Shown: one piece after another, positions 53,477 to 63,000 of the stretch
How the letters are laid out: each line of letters starts with the position of its first letter
Position numbering within the stretch: the first letter of the stretch is position 1
From: Chloroflexota bacterium
GTDB lineage: Bacteria; Chloroflexota; Dehalococcoidia; Bin125
Reading direction: 5' to 3'
Assembly (NCBI GenBank): GCA_026705025.1
Contig: JAPPBN010000026.1
Coordinates: forward strand, 74,446 to 138,445
DNA: 64,000 nucleotides
The notes under the pieces: model-generated
What the model was told of the DNA's origin: nothing
Databases searched by the model: none
What the model saw: the letters and a program-made list of their open reading frames with translations, nothing else
Program-made: the position numbers and the translations under genes

Positions 53477-53857
53477 TTGACGGCATACTCTCGACGTATG
53501 GAATGGGAGGTGGAGTACACCGATGAGTTCGAGCATTGGTGGCTCCAACTCTTGGTTGGTCAGCAGGAAGATGTCGGTATGCGCGTGGAAATGCTGCGTA
53601 GGCAGGGGCCCAACCTTCCGTTTCCGCATTCTTCGAGTATTCGGACATCGCGGCACGGGAGAATGCGCGAACTGAGAGTGCAGAGCGGTGGCAGGCCCAT
53701 CAGGGTGTTCTATGCGTTCGATCCCCGCAGGACCTCGATTCTGTTGATTGGCGGAGACAAGACGGGCAACGACCGATTCTATGAAGAATTCGTACCGTTG
53801 GCTGACAGGCTCTATGACGAGTACCTGATTGAGCTAAGACGGGAAGGACTGATCTGA
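53477..53857 (+). CDS. type II toxin-antitoxin system RelE/ParE-superfamily toxin (HigB/Gp49-like)
   Basis: 126 aa; RELRVQSGGRPIRVFYAFDPRRTSILLIGGDKTGNDRFYEE pattern; stop overlaps the antitoxin start (TGATG). Confidence 0.7.
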   Translation: MTAYSRRMEWEVEYTDEFEHWWLQLLVGQQEDVGMRVEMLRRQGPNLPFPHSSSIRTSRHGRMRELRVQSGGRPIRVFYAFDPRRTSILLIGGDKTGNDRFYEEFVPLADRLYDEYLIELRREGLI

Positions 53858-54195
53858 TGGCTGGCCACCGACCATTCAGTGAGTTGACTCGCGACTGGGA
53901 GCCGGAGCGGCTGGAGCGCGTGAGGGAAGGCGCGGATAAGCTGCTCCGCGAAATGCGGCTGCACGAGTTGCGCCGGGCGCGCGAACTCACCCAGCAGGAC
54001 CTGGCCGAGAGGTTGCAAGTCAATCAGCCTGCCGTAGCCAAGATGGAACAGCGCGCCGATGTCTACGTCTCCAGCTTGCGCCACTACATCGAGGCCGTCG
54101 GGGGTCGACTGAAGGTCGTCGCCGAGTTTCCCGAAGGCGAGGTGGCGATCACCAACTTTTCGGAGGTCGGCCAGGACCCTCCGTCACAGCACTAA
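53857..54195 (+). CDS. XRE-family HTH antitoxin (HigA-like)
   Basis: 112 aa; RRARELTQQDLAERLQVNQPAVAKME HTH_XRE. Confidence 0.7.
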   Translation: MAGHRPFSELTRDWEPERLERVREGADKLLREMRLHELRRARELTQQDLAERLQVNQPAVAKMEQRADVYVSSLRHYIEAVGGRLKVVAEFPEGEVAITNFSEVGQDPPSQH

Positions 54196-54574
54196 ACCGC
54201 CGGCTGTTCCCTCCGACACAACCTTCCCCGGACATCGTCAATACCGAACGTGCGTCCGTATATGATCGGCTGCGCTCGTCAGCGAATAGCCCGTTCGGAA
54301 GAACCACTCATGACTTCACCACTTCCTCGGAATCTGCCGGAATGGCCTGCCAACACCCGGATCAACACTCACCAAATCGAGCCACATCTAGCGAAATCTG
54401 GACAAATCTGGACAAATCGAGACATAACTGCCTCGAATTCCCAGCCCACAGCAGCAATTCCGCCTGATCGCGCCAGAATTCCGTCGCCATCGCGCCCCTC
54501 ACGCGATGGCAGCCCGCCGTTCGGACGCGCCGACGCCGTCCGCTACCATCGCCTTTGAACCAGCGCCAGTCAGG

Positions 54575-55726
54575 ATGGACGCCATGAAATTCGGCATCTT
54601 CTACGAAATCTCCGTGCCCCGACCCTGGGAGAACGACATCGAGCATGAGGTCTATCACCGCTGCCTGGAGCAGGTGCGGGTCGCCGACGAAATGGGATTC
54701 CATTCGGTCTGGGCCGTCGAGCACCACTTCCTCGAGGAGTACTCGCACTGCTCCGCGCCTGAGCTCTTCCTCACCGCTTGCGCGATGCAGACCAAGCAGA
54801 TTCGTGTTGGGCACGGGATCGTCGTCTGCGTCCCCCAGTTCAACCACCCGATTCGGGCAGCCGAACGCGCCGCGGTGCTCGACATCCTCTCCGATGGCCG
54901 GCTCGAGTTCGGCACCGGACGCTCGGCCACCTGGACCGAGCTGGGCGGCATGGACGCCAACCCGGATGAGACCAAGGAAACCTGGGACGAGTACACGCGC
55001 ACGATCCCGCAGATGTGGACGAACGAGCGCTACGGCTACGAGGGCCGCGCCTTCCGCATGCCGACCCGCGCCGTGCTGCCCAAGCCCTACCAGAAGCCGC
55101 ATCCGCCGATGTGGGTCGCCGTTTCCTCGCCCGGCACCGAGATCGATGCCGCCGAGCGCGGCATGGGCTCGCTCGGCTTGACCTTCGGCGGCTTCGCCGA
55201 GCAGGAGGAGAAGGTCGATCGCTATCGCAGCCGCATCCGCGACTGCGAACCGGCCGGCCTGTTCGTCAACGAGCGCGTCGCCACTGTCAACTTCCTCTAC
55301 TGCCACCCCGATAACGAGACCGGGATCAAGGTCGGCAGTCGCCTGACCGGCTCCTTCGGCTACCTCGCCGCGCAGCTCCTGCCCGTCCGCGAGGTCCACC
55401 CGACCCGCAGCTACCCGAATCCCGGTCTGCTCGCCGCGACACGTCAGCAGGCGGCGCAGAACCCCGGCGAGGGCGTCTCCGCGCCCGAGGGGGTCTGCAT
55501 CGGCAACCCCGACCGGCTGGTCGAAGAGATCAAGAAGTGGGAATCCTGCGGCGTCGACCAGATCAACTTCCTGCTCAACGCGCTGGAGACGATCCCGCAG
55601 GAGCAGGTGCTCGACAGTCTGCGCCTGTTTGGCGAGCAGGTCATGCCCCACTTCGTCGACGACAAGCCGGCGACCACCTCCGAACCGCGCGAGCTCGCCG
55701 CAACGGCCGCCGCCGGCGGAGACTAG
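54575..55726 (+). CDS. LLM-class flavin-dependent oxidoreductase
   Basis: Start at MDAMKFGIFYE (longest ORF from 54506); luciferase-like pattern. Confidence 0.8.
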   Translation: MDAMKFGIFYEISVPRPWENDIEHEVYHRCLEQVRVADEMGFHSVWAVEHHFLEEYSHCSAPELFLTACAMQTKQIRVGHGIVVCVPQFNHPIRAAERAAVLDILSDGRLEFGTGRSATWTELGGMDANPDETKETWDEYTRTIPQMWTNERYGYEGRAFRMPTRAVLPKPYQKPHPPMWVAVSSPGTEIDAAERGMGSLGLTFGGFAEQEEKVDRYRSRIRDCEPAGLFVNERVATVNFLYCHPDNETGIKVGSRLTGSFGYLAAQLLPVREVHPTRSYPNPGLLAATRQQAAQNPGEGVSAPEGVCIGNPDRLVEEIKKWESCGVDQINFLLNALETIPQEQVLDSLRLFGEQVMPHFVDDKPATTSEPRELAATAAAGGD

Positions 55727-55774
55727 TCGCACCAACGCCGGCGCGGCACGACACGTCGCAATGAAAGGCTGCTG

Positions 55775-56524
55775 ATGCCAATCAACGGCAATGCCGACCC
55801 TGCTCTGCTGACCCGATACGCACCGACCATGTCGAGCCTCGACACGGAGTCGCTGACGCTGCCGGATGTCAAGGTGCTCCAGGTCATCTACGAGATCGAC
55901 GACGCCGTGATGGCGGAACTGTTGCCGCCAGCGCTGCATCCGACGATTCCGCCCACGATGCACGTGATCGGTCTGCGCGCAGACGACGGCCCGTTGGGCG
56001 CGTTTACTGTCGCGATTGTGAGAGTCGGTTGCCGGGCCGCCGTCCGGCCGCGCGGTCTGCCGACCCGCGCCGTCTGCACAGAAGGCGAAGCGGCCACTGC
56101 GTTTGAGGAGCGCTGGGGGTTCCCGATCACCGTCGGCGAACCGGTCCTGCGCGAGCGCTATGACCGACAGTCGATCGAGGTCAACGACGGCAATGTGACC
56201 GTGCTCTCCGCCCAGCTCGTCGACCCGGTCCCGATTGGCAACGGCGACCTGCTCTACACGGCCGGAATGCACGTTGCCAACGTCGAACGCGACGGAGAAA
56301 CGAAGCCCTGGTTGGTGCAGGTCGACCCTGATTTCGAAGTCAGCCGCGCCGACCGTGGGAGCGCGCAGATCGACGCCTTCGACAGCAACTTCTGGGACGC
56401 GCCCGACCTGCGTCCCGTGTATCCGATCGTCGCCAGCTACACCACGGCCAACATCACCTTGCCGAAGATTCGCTACATCTGCGACCCAATGCAGCCGGCG
56501 ATCAGCGGCACGGTTGCCCTGTAA
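55775..56524 (+). CDS. acetoacetate decarboxylase (ADC)-family protein
   Basis: 249 aa; the block YEIDDAVMAELLPPAL...MHVIGLRADDGPLGAF parallels clostridial ADC YRTDMDALRKVVPEPL...FEIMAMHDTSGLGCY. Confidence 0.5.
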   Translation: MPINGNADPALLTRYAPTMSSLDTESLTLPDVKVLQVIYEIDDAVMAELLPPALHPTIPPTMHVIGLRADDGPLGAFTVAIVRVGCRAAVRPRGLPTRAVCTEGEAATAFEERWGFPITVGEPVLRERYDRQSIEVNDGNVTVLSAQLVDPVPIGNGDLLYTAGMHVANVERDGETKPWLVQVDPDFEVSRADRGSAQIDAFDSNFWDAPDLRPVYPIVASYTTANITLPKIRYICDPMQPAISGTVAL

Positions 56525-56533
56525 CGAGAGTTC

Positions 56534-56580
56534 ATCTCCCCCCGCGCAGCGGGGGGAGATGCCGAAGGCAGAGGGGGGCC
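56534..56580. repeat. palindromic repeat, family C (inverted orientation)
   Basis: catctccccccgcgcagcggggggagatgccgaaggcagaggggggcc. Confidence 0.7.
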
Positions 56581-57471
56581 ATGCCCGACACCGAGACCCT
56601 GTTCCCCGGCTTCCGCGAGCACAGGACGGGCCCAATCTTCGCCCGCGTTGGCGGTTCCGGCTCGCCGTTGTTGCTGCTTCACGGCTATCCGCAGACCGGT
56701 GCCATGTGGCACAAGATTGCGCCCGGCCTGGCCGAGCAGCACACCGTCGTCGTCGCCGATTTGTTGGGCTACGGCGCCAGCGATTCTCCGCCCGGCGACG
56801 GCGGCGGAGAGGCCTATTCGAAGCGGGCCATGGCCGCCTACATGGTCGATCTGATGACCGACCTCGGCTTCGACACCTTCTCGCTCGCCGGGCACGATCG
56901 CGGGGGTCGCGTGTCCTATCGGCTGACCCTGGACCATCCGGAACGGGTCGAACGCCTCTCCCTGCTGGACATCATCCCCACCGCTGAACAGTTTGAGCAG
57001 ATGGGCATCGCCGGCGGCCTGGGCGGATTCCACTGGTACTTCCTCGCCCAGCCCGCGCCCTTGCCTGAGACGCTGATCAACGGCGCGCCCGACTTCTTTC
57101 TTAAGCGGATGCTGGGCTCGTGGGCCGGCCAGGATGACCAAACTGTCTTCACCGAGGCCGCGATGGCCGAGTACCTCGCCGCAGCCAACGACCAGGAAAC
57201 GGTTCGCGGCTGGTGCGAGGACTATCGTTCCGGCGCGCGCTTCGACCTCGCCCTCGACCGCGCCGATCGTTCGGAGGGCAAGAAGATCACTTGCCCGCTG
57301 TTCGTGATCTGGGGCGCCGGACGCCAGCCCAGCCGCCGGGGCCGGTTCATGGCCACCTGGCATCGCTGGGCGACCAATGTCACCGGTGTCGGCCTCCCCT
57401 GCGGTCACTTCCTCCCCGAAGAACTTCCTTACGAAACCGAAGCCGCGCTGAAAGACTTCTTCGCCGACTGA
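56581..57471 (+). CDS. alpha/beta hydrolase, haloacetate dehalogenase / epoxide hydrolase-like
   Basis: 296 aa; HGYPQTGAMW and GHDRGG nucleophile elbow. Confidence 0.75.
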   Translation: MPDTETLFPGFREHRTGPIFARVGGSGSPLLLLHGYPQTGAMWHKIAPGLAEQHTVVVADLLGYGASDSPPGDGGGEAYSKRAMAAYMVDLMTDLGFDTFSLAGHDRGGRVSYRLTLDHPERVERLSLLDIIPTAEQFEQMGIAGGLGGFHWYFLAQPAPLPETLINGAPDFFLKRMLGSWAGQDDQTVFTEAAMAEYLAAANDQETVRGWCEDYRSGARFDLALDRADRSEGKKITCPLFVIWGAGRQPSRRGRFMATWHRWATNVTGVGLPCGHFLPEELPYETEAALKDFFAD

Positions 57472-57525
57472 TTGAGCGCTTGTACGCTCACAGCGAACCG
57501 ATCCAGGCCCTGCAAGGAGCAACAA

Positions 57526-58116
57526 ATGGATCCCGTCACGACATTCAGCGGCACCGGGTTGCCGCTTGACCGCGCCGATGTTGACACCGACCAGATCATC
57601 CCGGCCAAGTACTTGAAGCGAATTGAGCGCACGGGCTATGGTCCCTTCGCCTTTGAGGCCTGGGCCAAGGATCCTGACTTCGTCACGAACCAGCCTCAAT
57701 ACGAAGGCGCCAGCGTGCTGCTCGCCGGACCGAACTTCGGCTGCGGCTCCTCGCGAGAGCATGCCGTCTGGGCGATCCAGGGGATGGGAGTCAAAGCGGT
57801 GATCGCACCCGGCTTCGCCGACATCTTCCGCAACAACTCGGCCAAGATGGGACTGCTCACGATCCAGTTGCCTCAGCCGGACGTGGAGGAACTGATGCGC
57901 CTGGTCGAGTCAGAATCCAACACGCCGATCACGGTCAGCCTCGAAGAACAGACCGTCAGCGCGCCGGGGGGCTGGGTGCGCTCCTTCGATATCGCTCCGT
58001 TCGTCAAGCACTGCCTGCTCAACGGCCTCGACGACATCTCCCTGACGCTGGAGCATGACGACCTGATTTCCGACTACGAGTCGAAGCGACCCACAACGAA
58101 ACCGGTCACTGCCTAG
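57526..58116 (+). CDS. leuD: 3-isopropylmalate dehydratase small subunit
   Basis: Start MDPVTTFSG with AAGGAG SD (longest ORF from 57472); aconitase-swivel LeuD pattern GPNFGCGSSREHA. Confidence 0.85.
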   Translation: MDPVTTFSGTGLPLDRADVDTDQIIPAKYLKRIERTGYGPFAFEAWAKDPDFVTNQPQYEGASVLLAGPNFGCGSSREHAVWAIQGMGVKAVIAPGFADIFRNNSAKMGLLTIQLPQPDVEELMRLVESESNTPITVSLEEQTVSAPGGWVRSFDIAPFVKHCLLNGLDDISLTLEHDDLISDYESKRPTTKPVTA

Positions 58117-58282
58117 GATCAACCCAGGCTCAGGCGCCTCCGACACCGAATCCCAGGACGCCCCGATTCTCCTAGCGTCGACAATCTGGCTGAGGACCTG
58201 ATCGTCGACTTGACGAGAGTCTGCCGCTGGCTCCCTATCCTGTTTCCAATCAAGAACAAGGTCCATTGGACAGAAACTCCAC

Positions 58283-58441
58283 ATGCCCGAGCATCCACGG
58301 CCAACCATCGGCGACACCATCACCAACCTGCGCCGTTCGATCGGCCGGCGTCACGCCATCTATGGGTTCATCAAGGACAACCTGATCAAGTTGCGGAATG
58401 TTGACAACTGCTGCGGCAACTACGGTGATCCGGGCTGTTGA
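58283..58441 (+). CDS. small Cys-motif peptide 1 (52 aa, ...NCCGNYGDPGC-COOH)
   Basis: MPEHPRPTIGDTITNLRRSIGRRHAIYGFIKDNLIKLRNVDNCCGNYGDPGC; only possible start in frame after an upstream stop; paralog at 58642..58803. Confidence 0.45.
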   Translation: MPEHPRPTIGDTITNLRRSIGRRHAIYGFIKDNLIKLRNVDNCCGNYGDPGC

Positions 58442-58473
58442 GTGTCCGGCGAGCGCGCTCGGGCCGAGTGCAT

Positions 58474-58536
58474 GGAGTCAGATGACCATGACCATCACCA
58501 CGGCCACGATCATGGCCACGGACATGACCATCACTA
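58474..58536 (+). CDS. 21-codon His/Asp-rich ORF (MESDDHDHHHGHDHGHGHDHH)
   Basis: gaccat/cac tandem DNA repeats; weak SD; coding status uncertain. Confidence 0.25.
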
Positions 58537-58641
58537 GTTCAGTAGTCGGCGCTACTGCGGTGAGTGCTGAAGATTGGCCGCGATGAAGGCTCAGAATTCT
58601 CAGACTTCCGCGGTTGAGTAGAAGCGACTGAAAGAGATCCG

Positions 58642-58803
58642 ATGTGTAAGCCCCCGACACCCTCCTTCCGGGACGCGATTGCGAATCTGCGCGCCGATGG
58701 TCGTCAGGGCCTGGGCCTGGTCACCGGCGTGCTCGCCATTTGGTGGAATAGGCTGACGGAGCGACAGACTTGCTGCGGCGACTACGGAGCGCCGGGCTGT
58801 TGA
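58642..58803 (+). CDS. small Cys-motif peptide 2 (53 aa, ...TCCGDYGAPGC-COOH)
   Basis: MCKPPTPSFRDAIANLRADGRQGLGLVTGVLAIWWNRLTERQTCCGDYGAPGC; AAGAGA SD-like motif 6 nt upstream. Confidence 0.45.
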   Translation: MCKPPTPSFRDAIANLRADGRQGLGLVTGVLAIWWNRLTERQTCCGDYGAPGC

Positions 58804-58860
58804 GTCTCCCCCGAACGCGCTCCGGGTGAGCGCCCAACCGACGATTAGGAACCGAGACGT

Positions 58861-59955
58861 ATGGCCCATTTCAGGATTGCGCTTCTGCCCGGTGACGGGA
58901 TTGGCGGCGAAGTCATCGGGCAGGCGATCCGCGTGCTCGATGCCGTGGGCGGCCGATTCGATCACTCCTTTGAGTACAGCGAAGATCTGGTCGGCGGCGC
59001 GTCGATCGACGCGCACGGAGTCGCCCTGCGCGACGAAACGCTGAAGATGTGCCAGGCCCAGGACGCCGTGCTGTTCGGCGCCGTGGGCGGGCCGAAGTGG
59101 GACGATCCGAAAGCCACGGTCCGGCCGGAACAGGCAATCCTTGGCCTGCGCAAGGGACTCGGGTTGTACGCCAACATCCGGCCGGTCAAGATGCTGCCGA
59201 TTCTCGCCGACGCTACACCGCTCAAGCGGGAAACAGTGGAAGCCGTCGATATGGTCGTGCTGCGCGAACTTACCGGAGGCATCTACTTCGGCGAGCCGCA
59301 GCGCCGCTGGGAAGAAGATGGCCAGCGCAAGGCTGTCGACACACTTGCCTACTCCGAGGAGGAAGTCGAGCGGATTGTTCGTCTCGGGTTTGAGACCGCA
59401 CGAGGCCGCCGCGGGCTACTGACTTCCGTCGACAAGGCCAACATTCTCGATACTTCACGCATGTGGCGCGAGATTGCCGACGAAGTCGCGAAGGACTACC
59501 CCGACGTCACGCTCGAACACCGACTCGTTGACGCTTGCGCGATGGACCTGATTCGACACCCGTCCTACTTCGACGTGATCGTGACCGAGAACATGTTCGG
59601 CGACATCCTCACGGATGAAGCCTCAATGCTGGCCGGTTCGATGGGCATGTTGCCTTCCGCCTCTCTGGGCGCTTCCGAGGACGGCTCGACGCTGGGTCTG
59701 TACGAGCCGATTCATGGCACCGCGCCCGACATCGCCGGCCAGGGCATCGCCAATCCGATGGCGATGATTCTGAGCGCGGCGCTGATGCTGCGTTACTCGC
59801 TGGGTCTTGAACAGGAAGCAAGCGCCATCGAAGACGCCGTCACCCACACGCTCGCCGCCGGTCATCGTTCAGCCGATCTCGCTGGCGAGGGTGACGAACC
59901 ACTCGGTACCGAAGCGCTCGGGAATCTGATCACCCAAGCAGTCACCGGCAGCTGA
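58861..59955 (+). CDS. leuB: 3-isopropylmalate dehydrogenase
   Basis: 364 aa; AGGAA SD; IALLPGDGIG, NMFGDILTDE motifs. Confidence 0.92.
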   Translation: MAHFRIALLPGDGIGGEVIGQAIRVLDAVGGRFDHSFEYSEDLVGGASIDAHGVALRDETLKMCQAQDAVLFGAVGGPKWDDPKATVRPEQAILGLRKGLGLYANIRPVKMLPILADATPLKRETVEAVDMVVLRELTGGIYFGEPQRRWEEDGQRKAVDTLAYSEEEVERIVRLGFETARGRRGLLTSVDKANILDTSRMWREIADEVAKDYPDVTLEHRLVDACAMDLIRHPSYFDVIVTENMFGDILTDEASMLAGSMGMLPSASLGASEDGSTLGLYEPIHGTAPDIAGQGIANPMAMILSAALMLRYSLGLEQEASAIEDAVTHTLAAGHRSADLAGEGDEPLGTEALGNLITQAVTGS

Positions 59956-60004
59956 GATCATCGTTCGCCGAATCCCGCAGACACACAGTTCGTAGAGTTC
60001 GACC

Positions 60005-63000
60005 ATGCCCATTCAACGCCTTCTCGTCGCCAACCGTGGTGAAATCGCCGTCCGCATCTTGCGCACCGCTACTGAGCTGGGAATTGCCACCGCCGCAGTG
60101 CATTCCTCCGACGATGCCGCCTCTGACCACATTCAGCATGCAGAGACGGTCATTGAGCTCTCCGGAATCGGACCCGCAGCCTACCTCGACATAGACCAGA
60201 TCGTTGATCGCGCCAAAGAGCACGACTGCGATGCGATCCATCCCGGCTACGGCTTCCTGGCCGAGAACGCCGACTTTGCCCGCGCCTGCGAAGAGGCAGG
60301 CATCACCTTTGTTGGACCCTCGCCGGCTGCGCTGGCGCTGTTCGGGGACAAGGCTCGCGCACGCACACTGGCGGGGGCGCGCAGCGTCCCCGTCCTCACG
60401 GGTACGGACCACGCGGTCGACCTTGATGGTGCGCGCGCCTTCTTCGAGCAGCTCGACGGCCGCCCGATGGTGATCAAGGCAATCGGAGGCGGTGGCGGAC
60501 GCGGGATGAGAGCGATCAGTGAGGCCGCCGAGATTGAGGATGCGTTCGAGCGCTGTACGCGTGAGGCTCAGGCGGCCTTCGGCAATGGCGCATTGTTCGT
60601 CGAGCGGTTTATTCCTCGAGCGCGACACATCGAAGTCCAGATCGTGGGTGACCAGCACGGCCATGTCACACACGTGGGCGAACGAGAATGCACAATTCAG
60701 CGTCGTTATCAGAAGCTGATCGAAATCGCGCCGTCGCCAACGCTCAGCGACAGTCTTCGCGAGCGAATCACGGCCGCCGCGGTCGAGTTGGCCGAGGCCG
60801 GAGGCTACTCCAATCTGGGCACATTCGAGTTCCTGGTTGACGCCGACACCGGTGACGACTTCGCCTTCATCGAGGCCAATGCTCGTCTGCAGGTTGAACA
60901 CACCGTGACCGAGGAAGTGGCGGGGCTCGACCTGGTCGAGTGCCAGTTGCGGATCGCCGAAGGCGCGACGCTCATCGATCTCGGCATGGAATCGCCGCCG
61001 CCACTTCGAGGGTTTGCGATTCAGTCGCGAGTCAATCTCGAGCGGATGCGTGAGGACGGCGATGTCCGTCCAGCCGCCGGCGCGCTGCGCACCTTCCGTC
61101 CGCCGGCCGGACCTGGCGTCCGTGTCGACACGTACGGCTATGCCGGATATGCGGCCAATCCGAACTTTGACTCGTTGATCGCCAAGGTCGTCACCCGGCA
61201 TCCCAGCAGCGAATTCAAGGACGCCGTGCGCCGTGCCCAGCGCGCGCTGGACGAGTTCCAGCTCGAGGGTCCCGATTCGAACATTGGCTTCTTGCGCAAC
61301 ATCCTTGGACACCCCGAGTTCGTCGCCGGCGATGTCCACACCCGCTGGATCGACGAGCGAATCGGCGAGTTGGCGGTCACCTCTGACAACGGAGCATCCT
61401 CCGGAGGTCAGTCGGCCTGGGCCGGAGCCCAGGTGGAGAACCAGGTCACCGATCCGCTCGCCGCACTTGACTTTTTCCGCCAGGGCGCCGGCGCCGCATC
61501 GCTCGATGTCAACCGTGGACTTGAGGAAGAACGCGCCGGTTTCCCCGCGCCCGAAATCATCGGCCCGCCGGGCACGGAACCGCTGCGCGCTCCGATCCAG
61601 GGCACGATCATCGAGATTCTTGTCGGCGAGGGCGACTCAGTCGTCGCCGGCCAGGACGTGATCATCATGAATGCGATGAAGATGGAGCACGTGCTCCAGG
61701 CAGACATCGGCGGCATCGCGCAGGAAATCACCGTATCGATCGGCGACATCATCTGGGAAGGCCACCCGCTCGTATTCATCGAGCCGGCCGACGTCGGCCC
61801 AGCTCTGGATGACGGCGCCGGTGAAATCGACCTTGACTACATCCGACCCGACCTGCAGCACAACATCGACTTGCACGAGGCCCTGCTCGACCACCATCGC
61901 GAGGGGCCGGTCGCCAGACGGCACGCCAAGGGCAAGCGCACCGCCCGCGAGAACATTGCCCAGCTTGTCGAGGGCGGCGCCTGGACCGAATACATGCCGC
62001 TCGGCGTCGCTGCGCAACGTCGCGTGCGATCGTGGGAAGAGTTGCGCCGTGTTTCGCCGGCCGACGGCCTGATCTGCGGGATCGGAACGGTCAACGCCGA
62101 ATTGTTTGACAACTCCACGGCCTCGACCGCGATCATCTCCTACGACGAGACCGTTTGGGCCGGGACGCAGGGGCTGCGCGGCCATGAGAAGACCGATCGC
62201 ATGGTCGAGACCGCGCACCGGCTGCTCACGCCGCTGGTGTTCATTGCCGAAGGCGCCGGCGGGCGTTCGGGCGACACCGATGCGGCGTACACGCGCGTCG
62301 CGGCCCGCAACGTGCGCACCTTCGAGCGCCTGGCCGAACTCTCGGGCCGCGTGCCGATGGTCTCGATCACCGCCGGACGCTGCTTTGCCGGCAATGCCTC
62401 GATGCTGGGTATGTGCGACATCATCGTCGCGACCGAAGGATCCAACATCGCCATGGGCGGACCCGCAGTCATCGAAGGCGGTGGCCTTGGCCTCTTCCTG
62501 CCCGAGGAACTCGGGCCGATGTCGCAACAGGTACCCAACGGCGTCGTCGACATCTTCGTCAAGGACGAAGATGAAGCGATGGCCGCAGTGAAGAAATACC
62601 TCTCCTACTTCCAGGGTCGGCTCACGGAATGGAGCGCCCCCGATCAGCGCCAACTGCGCCACGTGATTCCTGAGAACCGGCTGCGCACCTACGACGTGCG
62701 CAAGGTCATCGACCTGCTGGCTGACCACGACTCGGTGTTGGAACTGCGACCCGAGTTCGGCATCGGCGTCGTGACGGCACTGATTCGCATCGAAGGCCGT
62801 CCCGTGGGCGTGATCGCGAACAACAATATGCACATCGGCGGCGCGGTCGACAGCGACGGCTCGGACAAGCTGGCTCGCTTCGCCCAGATCTGCGACTGCT
62901 GGAACATCCCTCTCCTCACGCTGGTCGATACGCCGGGCATGATGGTCGGTCCCGAGGTCGAGAAGACGGCGCTGGTCCGCCACTGCCACCGGGTCTTCGT

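Noticed and set aside
54362-56635. 757-aa minus-strand ORF
   Set aside because: Antisense to the LLM oxidoreductase and ADC-like genes; Arg/Gly-rich; no recognisable motifs.
56473-57762. 429-aa minus-strand ORF
   Set aside because: Antisense to the alpha/beta hydrolase and leuD; contains repeat-derived ARGEM segment.
58474-58536. Interpretation of the His-rich mini-ORF as a his-operon-type attenuator leader
   Set aside because: Flanking genes are leu, not his. No terminator/antiterminator structure follows. His alternates with Asp/Gly, resembling metal-binding tails rather than a run of His codons.
61637-62989. 450-aa minus-strand ORF
   Set aside because: Antisense shadow of the carboxylase gene.
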